A stretch of DNA of 63,568 bases, the filler included, from an uncultured Methanoregulaceae archaeon (lineage in GTDB: Archaea > Halobacteriota > Methanomicrobia > Methanomicrobiales > Methanospirillaceae), in the NCBI GenBank assembly GCA_964530035.1. It is 14 parts of 14 records of this genome, joined end to end, with 100 filler letters (N's around TTAATTAATTAA, not from the genome) between each part and the next. Parts side by side here need not be neighbours in the genome. Positions count along the whole stretch, not along the records: positions 46,815 to 51,141 come from CAZGXZ010000186.1; positions 51,242 to 55,363 come from CAZGXZ010000188.1; positions 55,464 to 59,475 come from CAZGXZ010000190.1; positions 59,576 to 63,568 come from CAZGXZ010000191.1; 10 more parts are not named here. One strand, given 5' to 3'. Positions within the stretch are counted from its first letter, which is position 1. Every line of letters starts with the position of its first letter. The position numbers and the translations under genes are program-made. Shown here piece after piece: positions 49,802-59,902 of this stretch. Below the pieces are notes generated by a model. The model searched no databases. It worked only from the letters and a program-made list of their open reading frames with translations, and was not told where the DNA came from.

Positions 49802-51025
49802 TTAAATTTTTTGAGCTGATAAGTACCCTTCTTTTTCCTCAATCCGGTCCAGAAATTGCCGGAATGCCTTTGGGTTCTTTATTACAAACCGACGGATAGC
49901 ATCCTCGTCAGCGATCGCTTGAATCGAAAGAGCTTCCATGCATCCCCGGCAATAATCTTCACCGGGCGGATTAATCAAATTACACGACGGGCATATCCGT
50001 GGTTCCAGCCGCGCAGACTTTTGCCCCGTTTTTGTGTCCAGACCATAGAGCCGCGAGATCTCGGCATCGACATCTCCTCCCGTCAGATGGGCATAGGTCA
50101 TGAGCATGTCAGTATTGAGCGATCCCCACATCATCATCTTGACGACACTCTCGGAAGCTCCCTCGCGGAGCAGATGGGTGATACGGGAATGTCGGAACAA
50201 GTGGGGAGTGAGATGCTTGGTCATCCCTGCTCTCTTGGCAATCCTGTTGATCTGTACTGCCATGGCATTCCAGGTGAGCGGACGTCGTTTCTCATTCAGA
50301 AAGACAAAGGATTCAGAGGTGATGGGGAGGGGGTAATCCGCCCGCCACTCGGAGATATACTTCTTGGCCATCACGAGCCGGATATACCGAGTGATGCCGG
50401 TCTTGAAATTCACATTGACGGCAATCCCATTGGGGTCCGACTTCAGGTCCCTCCACTTGAGCTGGCAGACCTCACCTGGACGGAACCCCCCTTCGTAGAG
50501 GGTCATGATCATCGCCCGGTCCCGGGAGCTTCGGGAGGCCTTGACCAATACCTTCACTTCCTCGGGTGACAGGAGCTGCGACGCCGTCTTGGTGATGGTA
50601 TCTTTCCGCGGGGACTTGATCACCTTGACTTTCTTCTCGGGGAGATTACTATACTCGTTCTCGATCATCCAGAGCAGGAACTGCTTCAGGATCGAGACAT
50701 GATCAAAGAGGGTGTTCTGTTTATAGGGCCGCCCTTGAGGTGTTTTCGCATTCTTTATCGCATCGATTCCCATGTACACGGTCCCTATGGTGAGCGTGGA
50801 AAACGGGGGGATGAAGCGACGCCAGGTTACCAGGGTAAAGGTGAGCTTGTCAACACGTCCATGGCTTATCCCGCCTGCAGCCCGGCGTTCGGCAAGAAAT
50901 TCCGAGATCAGTCCGGCATCTTCATGGGTTATTCGTTCTGTGCTCACGTACCGGTCAATGATGGTATTTGCATACCCCTTCTTGACACTGGAAAAATGAT
51001 CTTGTGAAAGAGTGCTGGGAGGCAT
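49802..51025 (-). CDS. Tyrosine recombinase/integrase with C-terminal Zn ribbon
   Basis: GGFRPGE (R), KTG (K), HLFRHSR (HxxR), TYAHL (Y), CPSC..C..C. Confidence 0.95.
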   Translation of the reverse strand: MPPSTLSQDHFSSVKKGYANTIIDRYVSTERITHEDAGLISEFLAERRAAGGISHGRVDKLTFTLVTWRRFIPPFSTLTIGTVYMGIDAIKNAKTPQGRPYKQNTLFDHVSILKQFLLWMIENEYSNLPEKKVKVIKSPRKDTITKTASQLLSPEEVKVLVKASRSSRDRAMIMTLYEGGFRPGEVCQLKWRDLKSDPNGIAVNVNFKTGITRYIRLVMAKKYISEWRADYPLPITSESFVFLNEKRRPLTWNAMAVQINRIAKRAGMTKHLTPHLFRHSRITHLLREGASESVVKMMMWGSLNTDMLMTYAHLTGGDVDAEISRLYGLDTKTGQKSARLEPRICPSCNLINPPGEDYCRGCMEALSIQAIADEDAIRRFVIKNPKAFRQFLDRIEEKEGYLSAQKI

Positions 51026-51088
51026 AAAGAATTGTTTGAGAGAGGGGTATATAAACTAAAACCGGGGGATTAGAACTTTGTGTTCGAA

Positions 51089-51141
51089 TGCGAGGGAAGG
51101 GATTTGAACCCTAGAACTCCTACGAGACGGACCCCTCAAGC
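51089..51141 (-). tRNA. tRNA-Leu(GAG), 3' part (5' truncated by the contig end); probable att site
   Basis: Minus strand: TTGAGGG anticodon loop, long variable arm, GGGTTCAAATCCC T-arm, CCCTCGCA 3' end. Confidence 0.82.
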
Positions 51142-51241
51142 NNNNNNNNNNNNNNNNNNNNNNNNNNNNNNNNNNNNNNNNNNNNTTAATTAATTAANNN
51201 NNNNNNNNNNNNNNNNNNNNNNNNNNNNNNNNNNNNNNNNN

Positions 51242-51853
51242 CCTGACCGGGGCACCGTCCTCGTCTTCGGAAAGCCCCCGGAAGAGACCCGGCACCGTAT
51301 CGGGTACGTCCCCCAGATTCGCACCTTTGACTTTGATTACCCGATCAGCGTTCGGGGGATGGTCCTTTCCGGCCTCCTTGGCAGGAAGAACGGGAAAATC
51401 CCCAAAAGGTACTCTGAAGAAGATTTCCGCTTTGCTGATTCTGCACTCTCGACCATGGGGATCCAGCACCTTGCAGACCGGACCATCCGTGAGCTTTCAG
51501 GGGGAGAGCGGCAGCGTGTGGTCATTGCACGGGCGCTTGCAGGAAACCCGCAGGTCCTCCTCCTCGATGAACCAACCGTCTTTGTTGATGCACCCACGGA
51601 AACGAAGTTCTACGATATCCTTGCCGGCCTGGTAAAGTCGATGACCATTGTCCTTGTCACCCATGATATCGGCGTTGTGGTCTCCCATGTAACCAAGGTC
51701 GGGTGTCTCAACCGCTGCCTCTACACCCACGATTCGAAGGAGCTGACCGGCGACATGATCCAGAGTGCATACCATTGCCCTGTCGATATCATCGCCCACG
51801 GCCATCCCCACAGGGTGCTGCGCACGCATACCGAGGAGGAAAAGCATGCTTGA
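51242..51853 (+). CDS. Zn/Mn ABC transporter ATP-binding subunit (5' truncated)
   Basis: IGYVPQ, LSGGERQR, LLLDEP, VTHD and a His-rich C-terminus. Confidence 0.92.
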   Translation, partial: PDRGTVLVFGKPPEETRHRIGYVPQIRTFDFDYPISVRGMVLSGLLGRKNGKIPKRYSEEDFRFADSALSTMGIQHLADRTIRELSGGERQRVVIARALAGNPQVLLLDEPTVFVDAPTETKFYDILAGLVKSMTIVLVTHDIGVVVSHVTKVGCLNRCLYTHDSKELTGDMIQSAYHCPVDIIAHGHPHRVLRTHTEEEKHA

Positions 51854-52694
51854 GATCCTCTCCTTTGCATTCTTCCAGAACGCCCTCATCGCCGGGGTCC
51901 TTGCAAGCATCGCCTGCGGGGTCATCGGTACGTATGTCATCATCCGCCGGATGGTGGCCATAAGCGGGGGGATCTCGCATGCTGCCTTCGGAGGTATCGG
52001 TATCGGGTACTATTTCGGTATCGAGCCGCTCCTTGGCGCGGTGATCTTCACCACGGGAGCTGCAGTTATGATGGGCGAGCTCGAGCGAAGAGCTCACCAG
52101 CACATGGATACCCTGATCGGGGCGGTCTGGGCAACCGGTATGGCGCTCGGTATCCTCTTCATCTACCTCTCGCCCGGATTTGCTCCCGACCTTTTCGGGT
52201 ACCTTTTTGGTAACATCCTCCTTATTCCACGAAACGAACTGGTGATCCTGTTATTTCTTGTTGGTGTCATCATCATCACCGTCGGACTTCTGTTCAACGA
52301 CCTGCTTGCCGTTACGTTCGATGAAGAGTACGCAAGGGTCACCAACCTTCCCGTAACCGCCCTTACGCGGGTCCTGCTCGTTCTTATTGCTTTAACCGTG
52401 GTGATGCTCATCCAGGTTGTCGGGATCATCCTGGTCATTGCCCTCCTTACCCTCCCTGCAGCGATCAGCAGGGAATTTACCAGGGAATTAAAGACCCTGA
52501 TGACTGGAGCCGTCCTGCTCGGGGTGTTGTTTACCACCACCGGTATCTTCCTCTCGGCCGCGCTCGATGTCCCCTCTGGGGCGACGATTATCCTGGTTAG
52601 TGCCGGAGTATATGCGGGCGTGCTCGTCCTGAAAAAAATTTTCACAAACCGGCCATGGACACGATCCGCTTATGGAGCAGAATTACCGGAATAG
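51846..52694 (+). CDS. Zn/Mn ABC transporter permease (ZnuB family)
   Basis: ISHAAFGG, YLFGNIL, FDEEYA, VGIILVIALL..P. Confidence 0.93.
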   Translation: MLEILSFAFFQNALIAGVLASIACGVIGTYVIIRRMVAISGGISHAAFGGIGIGYYFGIEPLLGAVIFTTGAAVMMGELERRAHQHMDTLIGAVWATGMALGILFIYLSPGFAPDLFGYLFGNILLIPRNELVILLFLVGVIIITVGLLFNDLLAVTFDEEYARVTNLPVTALTRVLLVLIALTVVMLIQVVGIILVIALLTLPAAISREFTRELKTLMTGAVLLGVLFTTTGIFLSAALDVPSGATIILVSAGVYAGVLVLKKIFTNRPWTRSAYGAELPE

Positions 52695-53220
52695 AGCCCA
52701 TTCTTGAACCCCTCCCCTCCACAAAGTCCCTTGAGGTTTCAACGGACAGGCCGACTGGACCGGCCTGGCATGACCGGTCCGGTCCCGGGGCCCGGTCCGC
52801 AACTCCGGATGCCTTTACATCACCCTTGGATCTTTGTTTCAAGATAGAGATGCCGTTTTTACAAGATTCCGTCTATGATTTGAACTCAGGTCGTATGATG
52901 CCTTTAACCAACCCTGGGATTGAGCAGAGATATAATCCGCGCCCGGTTACGAAAAAATGTCCGGGAAGCGCCTTCGATTTCGGGTCGTACTTGTCGGCGG
53001 ACTGATACCGCACCCTACGCCTCGTCCCTGACATGCTATCGTGATATTTTTTCATGAAAGAACCCATCATGAGGCGTTTTCCGTGGGCGTACCTGAATAT
53101 CAGAACGAGGTATCAGGTGGGGAATGGGTCAGGGTATGACGTATTGAATGAATGTACCGTTGGTCGATACAACGCCATCCGGGGTACGTCCCAGGCTCCA
53201 AAAGAAGGGTCCGGGGTGCC

Positions 53221-54669
53221 CTATTCCACCTGCACCCCGTATATCCCGCCCCCGATCCACCACGAGTCGTCGACGGGCATCATGTACACCAGCTTCGGCA
53301 CCTCGGCCGTCCCGTTCGAGGCGGTGTTCGGGAACATGGCATGGGAGAAGCCGGTGCCGTCCTTCATCGAGGAGATCCCGACCTGTGTCGTCTTCACCCC
53401 GTTGCTGTCGGTGAACCCTATGAAGTTCTGGCCAATCCCGGACGTGAAGAACGGGTCGGCGAGGACCGTCCCGTCCGTGGACTCTGCCCAGACAAAGAGG
53501 TCGCCGGAGACGAACGGGCCTTTCGGGTCGTTGATGGTCGCAAGCGTTTTCTCCTTTCCGTTCACCCTGGCATAGGCCACCGTCCGGTTCACGAGGTCAT
53601 ACAGTTCCTCCTTCGTATGGTTCCTGACCTGGACTTTTGAAAGGTTTGCAGTGGTCATGCCGGAGTACTCCGGGACGATGATCCCTGAGAAGAGCCACCA
53701 GTCCCGGTCGACCGGTTCGGCGTAATCGATCTTCGGCAGGTACACGTCCTTTCCGTCCACCTTCACCTTCGCGACGGTGTAGAGGAAGCCGCCGCCCTCC
53801 TTCGCGATATCCCGCATCCCCCTGATGGTATCAATGCCGTCCGGGTCATGGTAGTTCACCAGGTTGATGTGGTACTCCGACAGTTCGGGCGAGTATGGCG
53901 GCCCGGCCAGGTTCGTCCCGTTGGAATCGAAGGCCAGGGTGACGAGTTCGCCCCTGACGAAACGTCCCGTCCTGTTGTTGAATGCCTGGAATGCCTTCTC
54001 CTTCCCGTTCTCTTTTGCGTAGGCGACGGCGTCCTTCACGTACGCGACCAGGTCGCCGACCGACGGGGTCTCTCCCGCGGGGTTCAGCACGACGGACGGG
54101 TAGACTTCGCCATCAGAGGCAGACAGTCCGGCGGCGATATAGTATGTCCCGTCGACGTCCTCGACAACGGCGATCCTGGGAACGTAGGTGTTGTTCCGAA
54201 GCGGATCAGGGTAGGTGTAGCTGACGTACCCCCTGCCGTACCTCGCGGTCTCCGCCAAGTTCCGCACGAAGGGCGTCCCGAAGGAATCGGTCATGTCCAT
54301 GATGTTCTTCCCGACCATTTCCGGTTCCTCCGGGTCGGCGAGGAGGGTGCCGTTGTAGGAAACCGCGAACACGTGGACGTTCCCTGACACGAACCGCCCT
54401 TTCCCGTCATTGAACGCTGCAAGGGCCTTTTCGCGCCCGTTCTCACGGGCGAAATCCGCGGCACCGGCTACGAACGCGGCAAGGGCGGGGGTAGTGGCTA
54501 TCGGATCGGTAGACGTGCCGGGAGTACCTGAGGATACCGACGTCCCGGGAATGACCGGCGTCACCTGCGGCGTCATGTCCCCGGTACCCGGGCCGCCGGT
54601 GCAGCCGGTCACGAGGACGAGGAGCACGATGCATACGGCGGCGCCAGGAACTGCATACCTGCCTGACAT
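53221..54669 (-). CDS. Lipoprotein with three tandem single-Cache domains
   Basis: VTGC lipobox; three repeats of A..YA..NG.EKA...FN...G.FV.G...D..G...G.G...Y... Confidence 0.85.
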   Translation of the reverse strand: MSGRYAVPGAAVCIVLLVLVTGCTGGPGTGDMTPQVTPVIPGTSVSSGTPGTSTDPIATTPALAAFVAGAADFARENGREKALAAFNDGKGRFVSGNVHVFAVSYNGTLLADPEEPEMVGKNIMDMTDSFGTPFVRNLAETARYGRGYVSYTYPDPLRNNTYVPRIAVVEDVDGTYYIAAGLSASDGEVYPSVVLNPAGETPSVGDLVAYVKDAVAYAKENGKEKAFQAFNNRTGRFVRGELVTLAFDSNGTNLAGPPYSPELSEYHINLVNYHDPDGIDTIRGMRDIAKEGGGFLYTVAKVKVDGKDVYLPKIDYAEPVDRDWWLFSGIIVPEYSGMTTANLSKVQVRNHTKEELYDLVNRTVAYARVNGKEKTLATINDPKGPFVSGDLFVWAESTDGTVLADPFFTSGIGQNFIGFTDSNGVKTTQVGISSMKDGTGFSHAMFPNTASNGTAEVPKLVYMMPVDDSWWIGGGIYGVQVE

Positions 54670-54793
54670 GGATCGAAGGGTCTGTCACGGCGGCAAAAAG
54701 GGTTGTGAATCGCATCCGGGTGACGGAGACAGGCAGGAACGGGGGTGAAATGAAAGAAAAAGGGCCCCCGTCCGGCGAATGTCCGCCAGGGTT

Positions 54794-55174
54794 TTATCCG
54801 TTTTTCACCCTGTCTCTTCCGGACTCTTCGACACGGAACCGGACCATCCTCCGCACCAGGTCCCAGGGGACCGGCTCACCGATAGGGAACTGCACGGACC
54901 CCTTTCCCTGCCGGTACGTGACCAGTTCGCGTGAGAAGGCGGCAATCGCAGTCGGTGTCGGGTAAAACCCTATATGGTCGGGAAATGCGGCAAAATGGAC
55001 GAGGTTCACACCGTCCAGCCGGAAGGTGGGTATCCCGTACCTGATGGCCTCCCCGGCGTCCGGTGCGGCCTCCCGGACCGTCCTCCGCATCTGTTCCAGT
55101 ACTTCCCTGGTGTCCGGCGGAAAGGATCGGATGTACTCGTCGATATCGCGGACCTTCGTCAGTGGCGGTTTCAT
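54794..55174 (-). CDS. DUF1801 (YdhG-like) protein
   Basis: IDEYI, E.I.YGIPTF, HFAAF..HIGFYP, GKGSVQFP. Confidence 0.9.
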   Translation of the reverse strand: MKPPLTKVRDIDEYIRSFPPDTREVLEQMRRTVREAAPDAGEAIRYGIPTFRLDGVNLVHFAAFPDHIGFYPTPTAIAAFSRELVTYRQGKGSVQFPIGEPVPWDLVRRMVRFRVEESGRDRVKNG

Positions 55175-55363
55175 CCTGCTCCTTCTCTGTCAGCACCTGC
55201 ATCAGGGCAGGGCGGATAGTCACACCGGCGGGCTTTCCCGGGCATGTAATCAGTCCAGCGGTCAGGTCCGCAACGTTCCCGGTGCCGTTGCACGATTTCT
55301 GTAAGCCTTGAGAAAAAGGGTCCGCGGAGATTTTCAATCCTGACCGCCTCTTCCCACGAGATG
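55171..55363 (-). CDS. 3' end of the hypothetical gene that starts at 10404
   Basis: Same frame reads ..LRGPFFSRLTEIVQRHRER...EGAG*; its TGA overlaps the DUF1801 ATG (ATGA). Confidence 0.7.
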
Positions 55364-55463
55364 NNNNNNNNNNNNNNNNNNNNNNNNNNNNNNNNNNNNN
55401 NNNNNNNTTAATTAATTAANNNNNNNNNNNNNNNNNNNNNNNNNNNNNNNNNNNNNNNNNNNN

Positions 55464-55721
55464 TACCCCAGAATCAAGCGAGAACGGCATGGTGAAGTTC
55501 ATCGTGTCATACGTGAACGATGTGTTCTTCATGGTTGCAAAGGTGGAATCGATCACAAAGGTGAAGTTCTGACCGTTCTGCAAGCCGACAATATCCATGT
55601 ACAAATAGTCTCCCTTGTACATCCTTTCGGGATGAGTTGTGATGGTTACCGCGGATACTGCGGATACCATGGCGCATGACAGCACCAGGAGACTCATAAG
55701 TCTGACGAATTGACCCTTCAT
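55464..55721 (-). CDS. Secreted / cell-surface protein (3' truncated)
   Basis: MKGQFVRLMSLLVLSCAMVSAVSA signal peptide, then beta-rich sequence with N-x-T sequons. Confidence 0.7.
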
Positions 55722-56322
55722 AAGCACACCCATTGATGATAAATAGTATAGTGTAACGGGTAAAAGGTATAAATAATTTGTCATAAAAAATGGGTAAATT
55801 TTGTCCTGATTATCATTTTACCAGATCAGATTCCGTCTTCCCTGTATCGATCAGAGAATTGAGCCCTTTCAAAACACTATATACCAATATAGTTTATTTC
55901 AAGAATATAGTAAAGGAGGGACTCCCAATGATATTCTGCAAACCGTTCTCTCCCGGGAGGTGCGGAGCACACGTGCCCACAGGGTAACTCCCCGCCCTTT
56001 TTTATCCACCAAAGGCAACAATACAGCCAATCAGGAATTACCCCGCAGAATAAAGGATAATCGTAGTGATGCCATGAGTCCTGTACCGGAGCAGCACCTG
56101 GGAAATACCAAGAAATGGCTCTTTTCTATTCACGCCCGGAGATCTTCGTACATCAGGCGTCTCCGGCCCAGCCTGTCTATCCGGCCAAAAAAGCCTCGTT
56201 CGATACCTATATGTCGTTTATGGTTCAATTGATTATCAGGTTTCATAAACAGCCCGGAATGGCAGGAACCGCCATAGGGAAACTGATTGATACGCTGACC
56301 ACCCCCTGTTCACGATAAAGCC

Positions 56323-56796
56323 ATGACTTCACGGATGCTTTCCCCCCATACCACCTGTCCGAGCTGCCACGAAGAGGTGTACCTCGAGGAGCTTATACGG
56401 GGCCGATGTCCCCTCTGTGGATATTCCCTTGAGGAAAATGAAGACTCCTGCGACGAGTACGATGAAATGCTCGGAAGGGCCGACCTTTCCTGGCTGGTCT
56501 TCAGCTACGCCCTGTTCCGGCGTTTCGGAGAACTTGGTGTGCCGCCGCTCAGAATCCTTGAACTGGTTGCGGCATGCGAAAAATCACCCCAGGCTGGGGA
56601 AAAGAGCACCCATTTTGACCTGGAAATTCCGCAGAAGCCAACCGACAGGATCATGGTCAAGAAGTGCCAGGACTGCAGTTCCCTGTTCATCACCGGTGCA
56701 CGAAAATGGGTTGCAGGAGACCTGACATCCCCGGACGTCAGGTTTTATTATACCTGTCCCCGCTGCCGCTCAGTAGGAACGCCCGACAAGAGTTAA
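56323..56796 (+). CDS. Hypothetical double Zn-ribbon protein
   Basis: CPSC..CPLCG and CQDC..CPRC. Confidence 0.7.
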   Translation: MTSRMLSPHTTCPSCHEEVYLEELIRGRCPLCGYSLEENEDSCDEYDEMLGRADLSWLVFSYALFRRFGELGVPPLRILELVAACEKSPQAGEKSTHFDLEIPQKPTDRIMVKKCQDCSSLFITGARKWVAGDLTSPDVRFYYTCPRCRSVGTPDKS

Positions 56797-58200
56797 TTCG
56801 CCTTCCTTTCCACAAACGATGCAGGGGCCGGTGGAACGGGTCGTATACGGCGAATCGACCCCGGTTCCCAGTACCGAGGCATCGGTGGCTTTTTCCATCT
56901 CATCCGCACATCCCCGGTCACCGCACCAGTGGACAAGGGCCACACCGTGGTCAAGGACATCCCGTGCGGATTGGATGTCCCGGCACATGACCAGCCTTTT
57001 TTGCAGGGCTTCCCCTGCACGTGCCATAAGTGCATGAGAGAGGTTGTCCAGGGCAAGGCCAACATCCCGGGCACATGTGGCGAGGGGGATCGTGGACTTC
57101 TCTCCAAGACGGGTTACCACGGTTACGACCCCGGCGTCAAGGTCTCTCGGGCCGATCTCGAGTCTCAGGGGAACTCCTCTCAGTTCCCAGTAATAATATT
57201 TCGCTCCCGGCCTGAGGGCACGGTCATCACATTTGACCCTGAAACCGGCATCCTTCAATTCACCATCAATTCTTTTCGCTGCGGCTGCAACGTCGTCCTT
57301 TCGCTTTCCGATCGTAATCGGCACTATGACGACCTGGACCGGGGCGACGACAGGTGGGAGTACAAGTCCGCGGTCGTCCCCGTGGATGCTGATAATGGCT
57401 GCAATGGAGCGTTCCGATATACCATAACAGGTCTGGAACGCACATTGCTGGTTCCCCACGGCATCTTCGTAGGTGATGCCGAAGGTCTTCGAAAAATGGT
57501 CACCCAGGTGGTGAACCGTACCGATCTGCAGCGTCCTTCCGTCGGGCATTATTGTGTCTACGGCGAGGGTATAGTCCGCTCCCGGGAACTTGTCCCATTC
57601 CGGCCTGCGGGAGAGGATGACAGGGATAGACAGCCGGTCGTAGAATTCCCGGTAGAGGCGTACCGCTTCTCTCACCTGGTCCTCGGCGTCCTCCCAGGTG
57701 GCATGGACGGTGTGGGCCTCCTTGAAGGACGTGATTTCACGGAGCCTGATGAGAGGCCGCGTGTGCTTGGTCTCGTACCGGAAGGTATTGACGATCTGGT
57801 ATAACCGCAGCGGCAGGTCAGCATGAGACCGGATCCAAAGGGCATACATCGGATAGATCGCGGTTTCACTCGTGGGCCTGAGTGCAAGGGGTACCTCGAG
57901 GGGCGTCGTCCCACCATGGGTTACCCAGTAAACCTCATCCTCGAAGCCCTTGATGTGTTCTGCCTCCTTCATGAACTCCGGTTCAGGAATAAGCAGTGGG
58001 AAAAGAGTTTCCTGGTGGTCGCGGTCCATGATCTCACGGAGGATGGCATACGTATTTTTTCGTAAGGAAAACCCGAACGGATACCAGACATACAGTCCTT
58101 TAACCGGGTACCGTACATCCATGACCTCTGCACGCCAGAGCAGGTCATTGTACCATCCGGAAAAGTCGCTCTTATTGGGAAGGGTGCTCTCTTCGTCCAT
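56770..58200 (-). CDS. proS: Proline--tRNA ligase (archaeal type)
   Basis: [32 protein letters not shown]-terminal Zn domain ending ..RSY. Confidence 0.97.
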   Translation of the reverse strand: MDEESTLPNKSDFSGWYNDLLWRAEVMDVRYPVKGLYVWYPFGFSLRKNTYAILREIMDRDHQETLFPLLIPEPEFMKEAEHIKGFEDEVYWVTHGGTTPLEVPLALRPTSETAIYPMYALWIRSHADLPLRLYQIVNTFRYETKHTRPLIRLREITSFKEAHTVHATWEDAEDQVREAVRLYREFYDRLSIPVILSRRPEWDKFPGADYTLAVDTIMPDGRTLQIGTVHHLGDHFSKTFGITYEDAVGNQQCAFQTCYGISERSIAAIISIHGDDRGLVLPPVVAPVQVVIVPITIGKRKDDVAAAAKRIDGELKDAGFRVKCDDRALRPGAKYYYWELRGVPLRLEIGPRDLDAGVVTVVTRLGEKSTIPLATCARDVGLALDNLSHALMARAGEALQKRLVMCRDIQSARDVLDHGVALVHWCGDRGCADEMEKATDASVLGTGVDSPYTTRSTGPCIVCGKEGELTLVGRSY

Positions 58201-58273
58201 GAAAAAGGGCTCCGTTGTATGAAGAATTCCTTCATGTCAGCCGGTCGCGGATCAGCCGGAGGGACACAGGCAT

Positions 58274-58846
58274 CTATGAGGAAATCACCAGACGTATGAT
58301 TTCAGGCGTAATAAATGCCTCTATAAGCGCGGCACCGGCCACCAGCGGGATGACCAGGATAATGAAAATTCTCGCATGTGAGAGGGCTGCCGCTGCTGCG
58401 TCCTCGCCGGAGGTCATCTCGCGGAACAGGCCGCGGGTGAGGAGAAAACCCAGCATGCCGGCCAGGATGAAGGCCGGTATCTCGACGATCCCGTGAGGCA
58501 TGATCGCTGCCAGGACAAATGTCATGCCCTTCAGGGTGCGGGCAGTTTCCAGTATCGCACCGATAACGATGCCGTTTACAGACAGGATGAACACTGTCAG
58601 GGTGCCGAACGCGGCCCCCCCGATAAAAAGGAGGACGCAGGCCCCGAGATTGTTGATGAACAGGATTGCCGCGAGCTCGAGTGGGGGGCGGTCAGTCATC
58701 CCGCTGCCGACCGTATCCTTGAAAAGGGCAAGGAGGTTCGTTCCGATCTCGGGGTTGTCCCGTGCCGCGAGAACCCCTATCAGACAGGACACGAGGAAGA
58801 CCGCTGCTGAAATGATGAGCGGTTTCAGACCGGCCCGGTCATACAT
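58274..58846 (-). CDS. SpoIIM (DUF95) family membrane protein
   Basis: LFINN, NGIVIG, PHGIVEIPA, AALIEAFITP. Confidence 0.88.
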   Translation of the reverse strand: MYDRAGLKPLIISAAVFLVSCLIGVLAARDNPEIGTNLLALFKDTVGSGMTDRPPLELAAILFINNLGACVLLFIGGAAFGTLTVFILSVNGIVIGAILETARTLKGMTFVLAAIMPHGIVEIPAFILAGMLGFLLTRGLFREMTSGEDAAAAALSHARIFIILVIPLVAGAALIEAFITPEIIRLVISS

Positions 58847-59475
58847 AGAGCACCATCCTGACCATGTCCCTGACCCCGGGTGCAAGGCCCACGGTGATCA
58901 TCGCGAGGACGATGAGGTGGAACAGGTCGGATGATCCATCCTTCCTGTACATCTGGAGGATATAGATCCCAGGCACCAGGACAATGAGTTTTAGGGGAAA
59001 CATCGAGAAGGCGGTCCCGGTAAGGGCGATCAGGTTGGACCCGACGACGTGCTGTTCAACATACGCCATGGGATGGATGTCGATACCGTAGGATGTTGCA
59101 CTGGCATCAAGCATGTGACCGAAGATGAGAGAGAGATAGAGGGGATCGGCGGCATACGTCCATTTGAGGCCGTACCTGATGAGTACAAATACAAGCGCCG
59201 TTGTAATGACCGCAAGGGAGAGGATGACTGCAAGGACACCCAGGTCAAGGTGAAAGCGGGTCACCCCGAGATATGCCAGGTACCCTGCAGTTATCAGGAC
59301 CAGGACGACTCCCACAAGACCGTATGCCTTGTATGCATTCCCGACGAGCCCGCGCCCCGACAGGACCCATGCCGTTATCAACACGGCAAACGCGATGAAG
59401 AAGATGACAAAGAATATAACCGGCGTAATCAGCAGAAAACGCCAGTCGGATGTGATTACTCCGGTATCCTCGACC
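58839..59475 (-). CDS. DUF63-family membrane protein (5' truncated)
   Basis: HMLDASAT..GID...Y.EQHV, GLAPG.RD. Confidence 0.85.
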
Positions 59476-59575
59476 NNNNNNNNNNNNNNNNNNNNNNNNN
59501 NNNNNNNNNNNNNNNNNNNTTAATTAATTAANNNNNNNNNNNNNNNNNNNNNNNNNNNNNNNNNNNNNNNNNNNN

Positions 59576-59628
59576 TACGCGGTTGACTGCAGATCAACTA
59601 CACTCCGGTTCAAATCCGGACCTTGGCT
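59576..59628 (+). tRNA. tRNA-Cys(GCA), 5' truncated
   Basis: Anticodon arm GTTGA-CTGCAGA-TCAAC, T-arm TCCGGTTCAAATCCGGA, 3' CCTTGGCT. Confidence 0.9.
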
Positions 59629-59632
59629 TGGG

Positions 59633-59761
59633 GAGTATTAGCGGCCATAGCAGATGGGTAACACCTGGTCCCTTTCCGAACCCAGCAGTTAAGCCTTCTT
59701 ACGTATGGTTCTGTACTGAGGTACGCGAGTCCTCGGGAACTTCCATTCGCTGCTAATACTC
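59633..59761 (+). rRNA. rrf: 5S rRNA
   Basis: GCGGCCATAGC...CCGAAC.CAG.AGTTAAGC...GTACTG; terminal helix GGGAGTATTAGCGGC/GCTGCTAATACTCCC; exact ends uncertain. Confidence 0.92.
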
Positions 59762-59902
59762 CCTTTCATCTTCTTCTCTTACTTCGTTTCCTCTACCGGA
59801 CGATTTCCTTTGCCTTTTTCTGGATCTTGTAAAATATAGCGGATGCTCTCCTCGTTATCCTCCGACTTATCCGCCTTCCGACAGGTATTCCGACCAGTCG
59901 TC

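Larger units (their letters stand above)
46815..51141 (-). mobile_element. Integrative element (plasmid- or virus-like) next to tRNA-Leu, partial
   Basis: tRNA 3' part, tyrosine integrase, small Zn/Hjc-like ORFs and a primase-helicase, all co-oriented. Confidence 0.8.

Noticed and set aside
52753..52800. GGACCGG/CCGGTCC inverted repeats after the Zn permease
   Set aside because: Single short GC-rich palindrome between convergent genes; at most a terminator-like hairpin.
4858..59575. Regularly recurring TTAATTAATTAA flanked by N runs
   Set aside because: Artificial contig linker with stops in all frames; not a repeat family or CRISPR. ORFs ending in X..LIN are artefacts of it.
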